Origin: Alphaproteobacteria bacterium
GTDB taxonomy: Bacteria; Pseudomonadota; Alphaproteobacteria; UBA8317
Reading direction: 5' to 3'
Length of the DNA stretch: 32,402 nucleotides
Assembly: GCA_038131935.1 (NCBI GenBank)
Contig: JAYPQH010000004.1
Coordinates: forward strand, 1-32,402
Shown piece by piece: positions 1 through 12,313 of the stretch; the stretch's first letter is position 1; every line of letters starts with the position of its first letter. Below the pieces are notes generated by a model. That model was not told the origin of the DNA. It was given only the letters and a program-made list of their open reading frames with translations, and did no database searches. Position numbers and translations under genes: made by a program.

Positions 1-423
1 AAGCATTGCTATTATAATGAAAATGGTCGTCACTGGTCGTGCTTTTTGCCCTAACGTGTCAATATCGTGCTCAGTCAAAAGGGAATAGAAAAACACACAG
101 ATGTTGTATCCTTTGGTCATATTGAAGATGTCTTAGAATATGCGGAGGAACAGACGAAAAAGCTTGGTAAAAAAGAATATTTTGTTATAGGGGGCGGCCA
201 AATTTATGATCTTTTTATGCCCCATATTCAACGTATTCATCTCACCTATGTCGATCTTCATGTCGATGGAGATACATACTTTTCATGGCCCAAAGATAAA
301 TTTTTAGGGCGTGCTGGACGGTACCGATCTGCTGATGTACACAACCCAGCGTTACATTTTTTGTGTATGGATCGTCGCGGAGGTTTGCCTTTTGCCCCAC
401 TGCCTACCTATATACAAAGCTGA
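1..423 (+). CDS. folA: Dihydrofolate reductase, 5'-truncated by the window edge and garbled by indels
   Basis: ORF 67-423 has DHFR motifs FVIGGGQIY, IHLTYVD and GDTYF. Upstream bases encode broken remnants of IIM..GR..LP.RVNIVLS. folA-hflK adjacency is typical of alphaproteobacteria. Confidence 0.85.
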
Positions 424-462
424 ATGTCTTTTTTGAATTGCGAAAACCGCTAGGAGTTGTCC

Positions 463-1571
463 ATGCCTTGGAACGATAATAGCCAAGGTCCTTGGGGTGG
501 AGGAAACTCGCCCTGGGGACAAGGCCCCAAAAATAATGGTGGGGGAGGTCGGAATGAACCCCCTGGTTTAGATGACCTCATGAATGAAATATCAAAGCGA
601 TTTGGTGGTGGTTTACCCGGAGGCTTTGGTGGGATTCGTGGCATTCTGGCGGTGATTTTGGTCGTCATAGCGAGGCTGGATGCTTACAGGATTTTATCGG
701 GTACAGCCTGATGAACAAGGGGTGGTAGTCTTGAGGTTTGGTCAATATGTTGCAACCTCTGGCCCTGGATTGCATTACCATCTCCCTTATCCCATTGAGG
801 AAGTGTTCACGCCTAAGGTTACAACGGTCAATCGGACTGATATTGGCTTGAATGTTTTTGGTGATAGCGCACGGTTGAACACATCTGAAAGCCGCATGGT
901 TACCAGGGATGCCAATATTGTTGATATCAATTTTTCAGTGTTTTGGCGTATCAAGGATGCAAGCAACTACTTGTTCCAGATTGCAGACCCCATTGCGTCC
1001 GGTAAAGGCGGTGGCGGAGTCCGTGATGCGTGAGGTCATTGGCCGCGAGGATCTTGAGCCTATTTTGACAGAAGGCCGTCAGCGTGCTGAAGCGCAGGCA
1101 GGAACGCTCATGCAAAACTTCTTGGACGAGTACAAATCAGGTATTGAGATCACACAGATACAGCTGACCAAGGTTGATCCTCCCGCAGAGGTGATTGACG
1201 CATTTAGGGATGTGGAAGCAGCACGCCAGGACCAAGAGAGACTTCGGAATGAAGCTGACGCTTACAAAAACAAAGTGATTCCAGAAGCACGCGGTGATGC
1301 AGAAAAAATTAAACAAGAAGCTGAGGCATACTCAAATAGGGTGGTTGCAGAGGCCAATGGTGAAGCTGAGCGCTTTAACAAAATACTCCAGGAATACGCG
1401 CTTGCACCGGGTGTTACCCGAGAACGAATTTATTTGGAGACGATGGAATCTGTTCTGAAAAGTACCAACAAAATTATTTTAGAGCAGGGGCAGAATGGGC
1501 AGCAAGTTTTACCCTTCTTGCCACTAGACAGGCTAAATAAGCCAACCAACACGCAAGGAAGAGGACAGTAA
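463..1571 (+). CDS. hflK: FtsH protease modulator HflK (SPFH family), frameshifted across three ORFs
   Basis: AGGAG RBS at 452-456 and ATG at 463. N-terminus MPWNDNSQGPWGG..PPGLDDL, then VQPDEQGVVVLRFG, PGLHYHLPYPIE, DPPAEVIDAFRDV and TRERIYLETME, spread over ORFs 457-711, 680-1033 and 909-1571. Confidence 0.93.
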
Positions 1572-1572
1572 T

Positions 1573-2443
1573 ATGAAGGGAATTATTGCCGGTATTGTAG
1601 CCGTTGTTCTTGTGGTTGTTGCTCTTTCAGCCGTCTTCACTGTGCGTGAAACTGAGCAGGCGCTTGTCATTCGATTTGGTCGGGTTGTTGGAGCACCTAT
1701 CACGGAACCGGGATTGCATTTTAAAATGCCAATTGTTGATGAGGTGGCATATGTAGATAGGCGCCTCTTGTCGGTCTCTACACAAAAGGAAGAAGTAATT
1801 ACCGAGGACCAAAAACGTCTGGTTTCGGGATGCATTTGGTCTGTTTTTCGTATCGCTGATTCCTTGCGCTTTTTTCAGACGGTCAAAACGGATTTCGCGG
1901 CGGAATCTCGGATGAGTACGATTTTGAACTCAGCGTTGCGTCGTGTTATAGGTACACAAGAGATGGACGATGTTCTCTCTGGAGAGCGAGCCAACCTCAT
2001 GCTGCAAATTCGTGATGCTGTGAATAAGGAGGCTCAGATCCTAGGTATTGATGTGCTGGATGTTCGAATCCGTCGCGTGGACCTGCCAGATAACATTTCA
2101 CAGTCAATTTTTAGGCGGATGCAAACGGAAAGACAGCAAGAAGCGCAACGCTTTTCGTTCCGAAGGAAAACGAGCAATCCCGACGCATTCGTTCTGTTGC
2201 CGATCGTATGGTTGTAGAATTATTGGCTGAGGCGCCGAAGCCGAAATCATCAAAGCGAGGGAGACGCGGAACGAAACCGGATTTTTGCTGAGGTTTACGC
2301 AGCAAAGACCCAGAGTTCTTGCATTTTACCGCTCTATGGGCTTATGTTGAGTCTATGATGGATCCAATACATCTATGGTGCTCTCGCCAGACTCAAGATT
2401 CTTCCGTTTCTTTGGTGGTATGCAAGGTGATGGGGCTCGGTAG
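1573..2443 (+). CDS. hflC: FtsH protease modulator HflC, frameshifted near the 3' end
   Basis: EQALVIRFG, PGLHFKMP, DVRIRRVDLP and RMQTER are in ORF 1573-2217. The conserved C-terminus MVLSPDSRFFRFF is read in another frame and ends at TAG 2441-2443. Confidence 0.92.
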
Positions 2444-2445
2444 AT

Positions 2446-2634
2446 TTGTCTGATTTTCTTGTTGGTTTAGGGCTGGTTTTTGTCATTGAAGGCCTCATTT
2501 ATGCTCTGTTTCCCTCGGAAGCTCTGAAGCTTTATGAGCGCCTCAAGGCTATTCCATCTGAGCAACTGCGGATGGTCGGGTTAATCACGGCTATCGTTGG
2601 CTTGAGTATCGTTTGGTTGGTCAGGGGGGCATAA
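2446..2634 (+). CDS. DUF2065 (YjeT-like) small membrane protein
   Basis: 62 aa with GLVFVIEGLIYALFP and LRMVGL; canonical position after hflC. Confidence 0.88.
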   Translation: MSDFLVGLGLVFVIEGLIYALFPSEALKLYERLKAIPSEQLRMVGLITAIVGLSIVWLVRGA

Positions 2635-2711
2635 CGAGTCACATGTTGGCCACATTATTGCCGTAAATTGTGCCCATATCATCTACATCAGTCGTATTTG
2701 GGAGTAAGATC

Positions 2712-4148
2712 ATGACAAAACTGTTAAGAAGTATCTCTATGGCTTTGGCTGTCTGTTTGTGTTTTCTTCCCTTGAACGGAGAGACGGCCCCTGAATCATT
2801 TTCAAAATTGGCACGTGACGTAATGCCTGCGGTTGTGAATATTTCTACATCGCAAACCTCCACCAATCGGCCAAATATGCCCCAAGCTTTTCCACCAGGC
2901 AGTCCTTTCGAGGATATGTTTAAAGATTTCTTTGATCGGTTTGGTGGTCCTGGTATGAGCAATAGGCAGGCGCCTCAGCGTCGCGTTCAATCATTAGGCT
3001 CCGGATTTATCATTAGTGACGATGGTTATGTTGTAACCAATAATCATGTAATTGAATCTGCCGATGAAATTGAAGTGATCATGCAGGATGGAACAACCCA
3101 TGATGCAACCCTTGTAGGGCGTGATCCCAAAACAGACGTAGCTTTGCTTAAAATTAACTCTGATTCCCCACTCCCGTTTGTGCGTTTTGGTGAGAGTGAT
3201 ACGTTAGAAGTGGGTGATTGGGTGCTCGCCGTTGGTAATCCCTTTGGTTTGGGGGGGAGTGTGTCTGCCGGGATTGTTTCTGCACGGCATCGTCGACTCA
3301 ATGCTGGACCTTATGATGATTTCATTCAAACAGATGCGGCAATCAATAAGGGCAATTCCGGTGGACCTCTGTTTGATATGGACGGGTTTGTTGTTGGGGT
3401 GAACACAGCCATTATTTCCCCAACAGGTGGGTCCGTAGGTATTGGGTTTTCCATTCCCTCAAACATGGCGAAATCTGTTGTTAGCCAGCTGAGGGAGTTT
3501 GGCAGCACGCGCAGGGGTTGGCTTGGCGTTCGTATTCAAATTGTTTCGGAGGATATTGCAGACTCTGTCGGGCTGAAAGACGCCCGTGGCGCATTGGTTG
3601 CTGCGGTGAGTGAAGACGGTCCAAGTGCGCGAAGCGATATTCGTGTTGGTGACATCATTTTAACATTTGATGGGCGCCCCATAGACGAGATGCAAGACTT
3701 GCCTCGTATCGTGGCTGAAACTGAGGTGGGTAAAACCGTAAAGGTTGAATTGTGGCGTGATGGTCGTATGGTGGTTCAAGATGTTGAAATTGCACTGCTT
3801 GATGAGACCAATGTGGTGGCCAGCAACCAGAGTCCAGATAGCTCGCCAGTCCAAACTGTTCTTGGTATGAGTCTAACGTCACTTACCCCAGAAATTCGAG
3901 GAAGATTTGGAATCGAGGAAACAGTCCAGGGCGTCCTTATTGTTTCTGTTGATCCTAATAGTCAGGCCGCGCAAAAAGGGGTAGAGGCCGGTCATGTCAT
4001 TGATAAGGTATTGTCTATGCAGGTGCGAAAGCCCTCAGATGTGCTAGAAGCTGTGGAGCAGCTCAAGCAAAACGGTGGGTCGACCATGTTACTCCGCCTG
4101 AATGTCGGCGGGCAGTATCGATTTGTTGCGTTAAGGATTCGTGAGTAA
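2712..4148 (+). CDS. degP: Periplasmic Do/DegP/HtrA-family serine protease with two PDZ domains
   Basis: GGAG RBS at 2701 and ATG at 2712, followed by a signal peptide. Motifs GSGFII, TNNHV (His), KTDVALL (Asp), QTDAAINKGNSGGPL (Ser) and RGWLGV (PDZ). Confidence 0.93.
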   Translation: MTKLLRSISMALAVCLCFLPLNGETAPESFSKLARDVMPAVVNISTSQTSTNRPNMPQAFPPGSPFEDMFKDFFDRFGGPGMSNRQAPQRRVQSLGSGFIISDDGYVVTNNHVIESADEIEVIMQDGTTHDATLVGRDPKTDVALLKINSDSPLPFVRFGESDTLEVGDWVLAVGNPFGLGGSVSAGIVSARHRRLNAGPYDDFIQTDAAINKGNSGGPLFDMDGFVVGVNTAIISPTGGSVGIGFSIPSNMAKSVVSQLREFGSTRRGWLGVRIQIVSEDIADSVGLKDARGALVAAVSEDGPSARSDIRVGDIILTFDGRPIDEMQDLPRIVAETEVGKTVKVELWRDGRMVVQDVEIALLDETNVVASNQSPDSSPVQTVLGMSLTSLTPEIRGRFGIEETVQGVLIVSVDPNSQAAQKGVEAGHVIDKVLSMQVRKPSDVLEAVEQLKQNGGSTMLLRLNVGGQYRFVALRIRE

Positions 4149-4177
4149 GCAAAAAATCTTTTGGGGCTCTGTGTAAA

Positions 4178-5017
4178 TCAGAGTCCCAAGAAAAATAAGG
4201 TTGATGTATGATCTGTATGGCAGATACGTGCTGGGGCCTCTTGTTCAACAAGAGGCTTGGCTTTGTAAGCAATACCTAAGTCTGCAGCAGCCAGCATGGC
4301 CAAATCATTTGCTCCATCACCAATGCACACACGCCAACCATCCTGAACTTTCGAAGCGGTAAGTTCTGCTAACGTTTCTGCTTTTGCTTCCCGCCCCAAA
4401 ATTGGTTCTTCTACCTCTCCGGTAAGATGGCCGTTTTGTATCTCTAATATGTTGGCGCGATGTTCATGAAATCCGACATGGTGAGCTACTTTTTCAGAAA
4501 AATAGGTAAATCCACCGGAAACGATGATGCAATAAACATCTTGTTGTTTAAGCATTGAAACGGTTTCATGAATACCGTCCTGAAAGGCAATGCGATTTCT
4601 CCATATATCATCGAGGTTATCTATATGGGCACCGCGCAACAGTTTCGTCCGTGCCCGGAGGGAGTCTTCAAAATCAAGTTCACCACGCATCGTGGACTCT
4701 GTTATTTTTGATATTTGTTCCCGTATTCCCATGGCATCGGCAATTTCATCGATGCATTCTGTGGTGATAATGGTGGAATCCATATCAGCCATGAAAAGGT
4801 TTGGTTTTTGAGGTGCGCTCGGTAAACAAGCAAAATCAACAGATGCACCCATGTACCTATTCATGCGTTCCCTATAATCAGAGAGGCCTTCGCTTATGAG
4901 CGTTGCTCTCCCTCTCCATGTGCCTATTGTTACATGAGCTTGACAATCTGTGAGTTCTTGAACGAGTTCTCTGGGAATGAAATTTTGAGATTGTGCAATT
5001 AAACGAAGTTGACCCAT
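4178..5017 (-). CDS. serB: Phosphoserine phosphatase (HAD family)
   Basis: HAD motifs ADMDST, ECIDE, VSGGF and GDGANDL. Confidence 0.93.
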   Translation of the reverse strand: MGQLRLIAQSQNFIPRELVQELTDCQAHVTIGTWRGRATLISEGLSDYRERMNRYMGASVDFACLPSAPQKPNLFMADMDSTIITTECIDEIADAMGIREQISKITESTMRGELDFEDSLRARTKLLRGAHIDNLDDIWRNRIAFQDGIHETVSMLKQQDVYCIIVSGGFTYFSEKVAHHVGFHEHRANILEIQNGHLTGEVEEPILGREAKAETLAELTASKVQDGWRVCIGDGANDLAMLAAADLGIAYKAKPLVEQEAPARICHTDHTSTLFFLGL

Positions 5018-5989
5018 GTTGAACCCTCACCTGTCTTCACATGTTGATTTGTGGTGTATCGCTGGCCCGACGGCTTCTGGCAAGTCAAGCCTGGCACTAG
5101 ATTTAGCAAAAGCTATCGATGGGATTATTATCAATGCCGACTCTATGCAAATATATAATGGGGTCGAGATTATTACAGCACAGCCGAGCTATGAGGATAG
5201 ATCATCTGTTCCTCACGAGCTTTATGGTTTTTTATCCCCCAAAGACCCTAGTTCGGTGTCTAGTTGGGCAGCATCGGCTTCACAACTTATCAACAAATAT
5301 ATGTCTTCTGGGCGTTCATGCATTGTGGTCGGAGGCACAGGGCTTTATTTCCGGGGGCTGTTGGAGGGCTTGGCGGACATACCGCCTATCAAGCAAGATA
5401 TTCGTGAAAAGGTGCGCTTACTTGTTGCAAGTGAGAATTTGTCGGAAATTCATCGAGAATATTTTGATAAAGATCCAATGATTTTAGCTCATGCGCCTTC
5501 TACGGATCCTCAAAGAACAGCCCGCGCACTCGAAGTCTTTTGGCAAACAGGAAAGCCTATCCAGTCATTCTATCATCAGCCAAAATATTTTCTTCCCATT
5601 GGGTTGAATTACCGTGGTGTTTATCTCTGTCCCCGAGAGATTTGCTGAAAAGCCAAATCGTCATGCGTCGAGATCAGATGATGGCCCGCGGCCTTATCGA
5701 AGAAGTGCAGGATTTGCTGAAACAAGAATTGGATCCCCAATTGCCCGTTATGAAAGCGTGTGGATTGCCCAATATGTTATCTTATCTGCGAGGGGGTTGC
5801 GCGTTAGAGGAAGCCTTAGATGCCTTGACTTTGGCTACAACAAGATATGCAAAGAGACAGTACACATGGTTTAATAGAAACATGATGTCGTGGAATGTAT
5901 TAAAAACGAAAGAAAATTTTAACAAAAATAATGTAAATGAAATAATAAAACAAAGTAATTGGTTGACGGTAGGGGTGAAGCAAGTATAA
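5016..5989 (+). CDS. miaA: tRNA dimethylallyltransferase, one frameshift near 5631-5635
   Basis: GPTASGKS P-loop, [16 protein letters not shown] and RALEV in ORF 5016-5648; [12 protein letters not shown] in ORF 5540-5989. Confidence 0.93.
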
Positions 5990-5990
5990 C
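5963..5990 (+). promoter_or_regulatory. Putative sigma70 promoter for ilvB-ilvN-ilvC
   Basis: TTGACG (5963-5968), 16-bp spacer, TATAAC (5985-5990), then an AAGGAG RBS before ATG 6025. Confidence 0.55.
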
Positions 5991-6024
5991 GTGCGCTGTC
6001 TTTTTACCCTTAAGGAGCAAATCC

Positions 6025-7779
6025 ATGGCAGCACGGCATATGAGTGGAGCAGAAGTGATTGTGCAGGTTCTCAAGGACCAAGGTGTTGATACCATTTTTG
6101 GCTATCCAGGGGGTGCTGTTCTGCCTATCTATGACGCATTGTTCACAGATGGTTCCATACGACATGTTCTCGTGCGTCATGAGCAAGCAGCTGCCCACGC
6201 GGCAGAAGGCTATGCACGTTCAACCGGAAAGCCTGGTGTTGTTCTCGTAACCTCAGGGCCTGGTTTGACCAATGCTGTTACAGGCTTAACTGATGCGATG
6301 ATGGACTCAATCCCATTAATTTGTTTGTCCGGCCAGGTGCCCACACATCTTATTGGAAGCGATGCTTTCCAAGAATGTGATACTGTAGGAATTACCCGCG
6401 CTTGTACAAAGCATAATTATCTGGTGAGGCAGCCTGAGGACCTAGCGCGTACCATGCATGAAGCTTTTTATGTGGCGACGCACGGCAGACCTGGGCCAGT
6501 GGTTGTTGATTTGCCTAAAGACATTCAATTTGCTGAATGCCCTTATATGGGGAAGAGAACGGCAACCCACCGAACCTATAAGCCTCAAACAAAACCGGAA
6601 ATTGCTGGTTTGAGAGAAGCTATTAGAATGATGAAGGCTGCAAAACGCCCAATTTTCTATACAGGTGGTGGCGTGATCAATGCTGGCCCTGATGCGTCTT
6701 ACCAACTCCGAGAGTTGGTGCGGCAGACAGGATTTCCAATCACATCAACATTGATGGGCCTTGGCTGTTTTCCGGCTCAGGATGGTAAGTGGCTTGGTAT
6801 GCTTGGCATGCATGGTACATACGAAGCCAATATGGCGATGCATGATTGTGATTTGATGATCAATGTGGGGGCGCGATTTGATGATAGAATCACAGGGCGT
6901 ATCGATGCGTTTTCTCCAAAGTCGAAAAAGATACATATCGATATTGATCCCTCTTCTATTAACAAAACCATCATGGTGGATCTTCCCATTACCGCCGATG
7001 CCGGTGCTGCATTGGAGGGGTTAAATCGATTGTGGTCAGCAGAGGGAGCGTCATCACAAGACCTCAACCCTTGGTGGGAAAAAATCAACCGGTGGCGTAA
7101 GCGCGATAGTTTAGGATTTACACAGCAAGGTGATGTGATCAAACCACAATATGCGGTGCAACGACTTTATGAAAAAGTCAAAGACCTTGATACATATGTG
7201 ACGACTGAAGTTGGGCAACATCAGATGTGGGCTGCACAATATTTTCACTTTCAAGAGCCTAATCGCTGGATGACTTCAGGAGGCCTGGGGACCATGGGGT
7301 ACGGCTTGCCTGCCGCCATAGGTGTTCAGCTTGCGCATCCGAAGGCCACCGTGATCGATATTGCTGGTGAAGCCTCCATTCAAATGAATATTCAGGAGCT
7401 TAGTACGGCTATCCAATACCGTCTGCCTGTGAAGGTTTTTATTCTGAATAATGAATATATGGGCATGGTCCGGCAGTGGCAGGAGTTGTTGCATGGCGGC
7501 CGATATGCGCACAGCTACTCAGAAGCTCTTCCAGATTTTGTGAAATTGGCGGAAGCATATAACGCTGTCGGTATCCGGGTTAGCGATCCGTCAGAGTTGG
7601 ATGATGCGATTGATCGCATGCTTGCGGTCAATGACCGCCCGGTTCTTTTTGATTGTATTGTGAGCAAGGAAGAGAATTGCTTTCCCATGATTCCATCCGG
7701 CAAAGCGCATAATGAAATGATTTTGGCGCCTGGTGATGAGAATTCACAGATAGATGCGTCGGGAAAAGTATTGGTGTGA
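6025..7779 (+). CDS. ilvB: Acetolactate synthase large subunit (IlvB/IlvI)
   Basis: [46 protein letters not shown] and the TPP motif GEASIQMN...NN..GMVRQWQ. Confidence 0.97.
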   Translation: MAARHMSGAEVIVQVLKDQGVDTIFGYPGGAVLPIYDALFTDGSIRHVLVRHEQAAAHAAEGYARSTGKPGVVLVTSGPGLTNAVTGLTDAMMDSIPLICLSGQVPTHLIGSDAFQECDTVGITRACTKHNYLVRQPEDLARTMHEAFYVATHGRPGPVVVDLPKDIQFAECPYMGKRTATHRTYKPQTKPEIAGLREAIRMMKAAKRPIFYTGGGVINAGPDASYQLRELVRQTGFPITSTLMGLGCFPAQDGKWLGMLGMHGTYEANMAMHDCDLMINVGARFDDRITGRIDAFSPKSKKIHIDIDPSSINKTIMVDLPITADAGAALEGLNRLWSAEGASSQDLNPWWEKINRWRKRDSLGFTQQGDVIKPQYAVQRLYEKVKDLDTYVTTEVGQHQMWAAQYFHFQEPNRWMTSGGLGTMGYGLPAAIGVQLAHPKATVIDIAGEASIQMNIQELSTAIQYRLPVKVFILNNEYMGMVRQWQELLHGGRYAHSYSEALPDFVKLAEAYNAVGIRVSDPSELDDAIDRMLAVNDRPVLFDCIVSKEENCFPMIPSGKAHNEMILAPGDENSQIDASGKVLV

Positions 7780-7798
7780 TCTGACGATTGGGGACGAT

Positions 7799-8320
7799 AT
7801 GAATATGGTTATGCAACAGAAAGAGGCGCATCATACGCTGTCAGTGTTGGTCGACAATGAAGCAGGTGTTCTGGCTCGTGTGATTGGTTTGTTCTCTGGG
7901 CGTGGATACAATATTGAGAGCTTGACGGTGGCCGAGGTAGACCAATCTAGTCATTTGTCACGAATTACCGTGGTGACCACAGGAACAGAGCAAGTCGTAC
8001 AGCAGATACGGCATCAACTAGAGCGCCTGGTGCCAGTTCATTCTGTTGCAGACTTAACAATCACGGGTAAGGCTTTAGAGCGAGAAATGGCACTTGTAAA
8101 AATTGTGTCCACTGGCGAAAAACGCGTTGAGTCTCTGCGTCTTGCAGATGCATTTCGGGCCAAGGTTGTGGACACAACTCACCAAAGTTTCGTTTTTGAG
8201 CTTACTGGTGCGCCCAGCAAGTTGGACGCATTTATTGAACTCATGCGACCATTAGGGTTGGCGGAAGTGTCGCGTACTGGCGTCGCGGCCATCATTCGTG
8301 GTTCTGAAACTATGTCTTGA
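7799..8320 (+). CDS. ilvN: Acetolactate synthase small regulatory subunit (IlvN/IlvH)
   Basis: ACT domain LVDNEAGVLARVIGLFSGRGYNIESLTV, ERELALVK-like motif and SRTG. Start is uncertain (7799, 7805 or 7811). Confidence 0.95.
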   Translation: MNMVMQQKEAHHTLSVLVDNEAGVLARVIGLFSGRGYNIESLTVAEVDQSSHLSRITVVTTGTEQVVQQIRHQLERLVPVHSVADLTITGKALEREMALVKIVSTGEKRVESLRLADAFRAKVVDTTHQSFVFELTGAPSKLDAFIELMRPLGLAEVSRTGVAAIIRGSETMS

Positions 8321-9364
<1,044 letters not shown>

Positions 9365-9391
9365 TCTAACAATCTCTCATGAAATGCGATT

Positions 9392-9424
9392 GGGGTGAGT
9401 CATGAATAATGTCTTGCCCCTTTT
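9392..9424 (+). terminator. Possible intrinsic terminator of the ilv operon
   Basis: Imperfect stem GGGGTGAGTCAT/ATGTCTTGCCCC followed by TTTTGTCATTTT. The right arm overlaps the -35 of the leuA leader promoter. Confidence 0.45.
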
Positions 9425-9442
9425 GTCATTTTGGCGCATAAT
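9414..9442 (+). promoter_or_regulatory. Putative sigma70 promoter for the leuA leader
   Basis: TTGCCC (9414-9419), 17-bp spacer, CATAAT (9437-9442). The predicted +1 is at about 9449, the A of the leader ATG. Confidence 0.55.
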
Positions 9443-9448
9443 ATCATC

Positions 9449-9514
9449 ATGATTATTAGACATGGTGCATATCAGGCAAACCTCACTTCACTCGGGCTCC
9501 TTACCAGCCCCTGA
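9449..9514 (+). CDS. Putative leuA leader peptide, 21 aa, MIIRHGAYQANLTSLGLLTSP
   Basis: Short ORF not in the supplied track. Its four Leu codons (CTC, CTC, CTC, CTT) fall in the last 10 codons, directly before and overlapping a hairpin, upstream of leuA. Confidence 0.65.
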   Translation: MIIRHGAYQANLTSLGLLTSP

Positions 9515-9546
9515 GCATGCACATACCTGTGTGCTTGGCCCAGGGG
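9508..9546 (+). promoter_or_regulatory. leuA leader RNA structure (attenuator-like hairpin with no U-tract)
   Basis: CCCCTG (9508-9513) pairs with CAGGGG (9541-9546) and encloses an inner stem GCACAT-acct-GTGTGC. The leader stop codon overlaps the left arm. Confidence 0.6.
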
Positions 9547-9627
9547 ATGAACAGCGAAAGCTAAAATCAAAGTCACAATTTCTAGTAAATAGCCGGTAAA
9601 TAGATTGATTGAAACCTGAGGTGGATC

Positions 9628-11184
9628 ATGGCAGATCAAAGACATATCAAAATTTTTGACACAACATTACGTGATGGTGAGCAATCACCTGGGGCGAGCA
9701 TGACGCTCGTTGAAAAGATACAAATAGCTGACTTGCTCGATGAAATGGGTGTGGATGTAATTGAAGCAGGGTTTCCCATCGCGTCGAATGGTGATTTCGA
9801 AGCCGTCAAAGAAATTTCGAAGCGGGCTCGTTTCGCACAAATATGTGGGTTGTCTCGTGCCGGACTTCGCGACATTGATCGGGCATGGGAAGCTTTGCAG
9901 CATGCCAAAAACCCCAGGATTCATACATTTATTTCGACGTCCGACTTGCATATGAAGCATAAGCTTCAAATGAGCCGTGAAGATGTTTTAGATGCGGTAG
10001 CCAAGTCCGTGTCTCACGCCCGTAATCTTTGTGATGATGTGGAATGGTCTCCTGAGGATGGAACCAGGACTGATCGTGATTTTTTATGTAAAGTCGTCGA
10101 TGTAGCCATTGCACATGGGGCAACAACCATTAACATCCCCGATACCGTTGGCTACACAACACCCGAAGAGTTTACGGAAATTATCGCTATGTTACGTGAG
10201 CGTGTACCAAACATTGATAAGGCGGTGTTATCAGTACATTGTCATAACGATTTGGGTTTAGCCGTCGCGAATTCCTTAGCGGGCGTTGCAGCAGGTGCGG
10301 GCCAAGTGGAATGTACGATCAATGGCCTTGGTGAACGAGCAGGAAATGCATCTTTAGAAGAGATTGTGATGGCGATGCATGTGCGTCCCGATTTGACCAA
10401 AGCAAAGTCAGGAATCAAGACAGAATACTTAACAAGGATATCAAAGCTTGTGGCCGCTGTCACAGGATTCCCTGTGCAGTATAACAAATCTATTGTCGGC
10501 AAAAACGCGTTCGCCCATGAAAGTGGCATACACCAAGATGGGATGCTGAAAAACGCTCAAACTTATGAAATTATGACCCCGGAGACTGTTGGCTTAAATC
10601 GTTCGTCTCTTGTGATGGGAAAACATTCAGGTCGGCATGCGTTTCGTGAAAAGCTTGGTGAATTGGGTTACACTTTGGATGCCAATAAGCTTGATGAAGC
10701 CTTTCGGCGCTTTAAAGATTTGGCTGATAAGAAAAAAACCATCTTTGATGAGGATATTATTGCAATCGTTGATGATGCTGCAGTGCGTGAAAATCAGTTC
10801 GTTCAATTTGTATCATTACAAGTTCGTGCGGGTTCGGTAGGGCCACAAACAGCTGACATTGAGTTGAATGTTGATGGTCAAAGATGCCAAGCTCACGCAG
10901 AGGGTGATGGACCCGTTGACGCTACATTTAAAGCTATACGTGATGTTTTCCCTCATGATGCACGCTTAGACTTGTATCAGGTTCACGCGGTGACAGAAGG
11001 TACAGATGCACAAGCAGAAGTAACGGTACGAATGTCTGAACAGGGGCGTACTGTCACAGGGACAGGTGCTGATACAGATACCTTGGTTGCGTCCGCACGT
11101 GCATATGTGAATGCGTTGAATAAGCTGGTGGTTCGACGCGAGAAAATGGGTGCTGCTGAACTTGATGCGATTAGCGCGCAATAA
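9628..11184 (+). CDS. leuA: 2-isopropylmalate synthase
   Basis: IFDTTLRDGEQSPG, HCHNDLG, GERAGN, HESGIHQDG, GKHSGRHA and the C-terminal regulatory GDGPVDA. Confidence 0.97.
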   Translation: MADQRHIKIFDTTLRDGEQSPGASMTLVEKIQIADLLDEMGVDVIEAGFPIASNGDFEAVKEISKRARFAQICGLSRAGLRDIDRAWEALQHAKNPRIHTFISTSDLHMKHKLQMSREDVLDAVAKSVSHARNLCDDVEWSPEDGTRTDRDFLCKVVDVAIAHGATTINIPDTVGYTTPEEFTEIIAMLRERVPNIDKAVLSVHCHNDLGLAVANSLAGVAAGAGQVECTINGLGERAGNASLEEIVMAMHVRPDLTKAKSGIKTEYLTRISKLVAAVTGFPVQYNKSIVGKNAFAHESGIHQDGMLKNAQTYEIMTPETVGLNRSSLVMGKHSGRHAFREKLGELGYTLDANKLDEAFRRFKDLADKKKTIFDEDIIAIVDDAAVRENQFVQFVSLQVRAGSVGPQTADIELNVDGQRCQAHAEGDGPVDATFKAIRDVFPHDARLDLYQVHAVTEGTDAQAEVTVRMSEQGRTVTGTGADTDTLVASARAYVNALNKLVVRREKMGAAELDAISAQ

Positions 11185-11220
11185 GTTTCAGAGCTTGTCC
11201 GACGGAAGGCAAAGGGTTAA

Positions 11221-12291
<1,071 letters not shown>

Positions 12292-12313
12292 CAGGGGCTT
12301 TTTTGGAGACAAA

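Noticed and set aside
463-650. Gly-rich PWG repeats and an antisense Pro-rich ORF (450-668)
   Set aside because: This is the normal low-complexity HflK N-terminus; the antisense ORF is its shadow.
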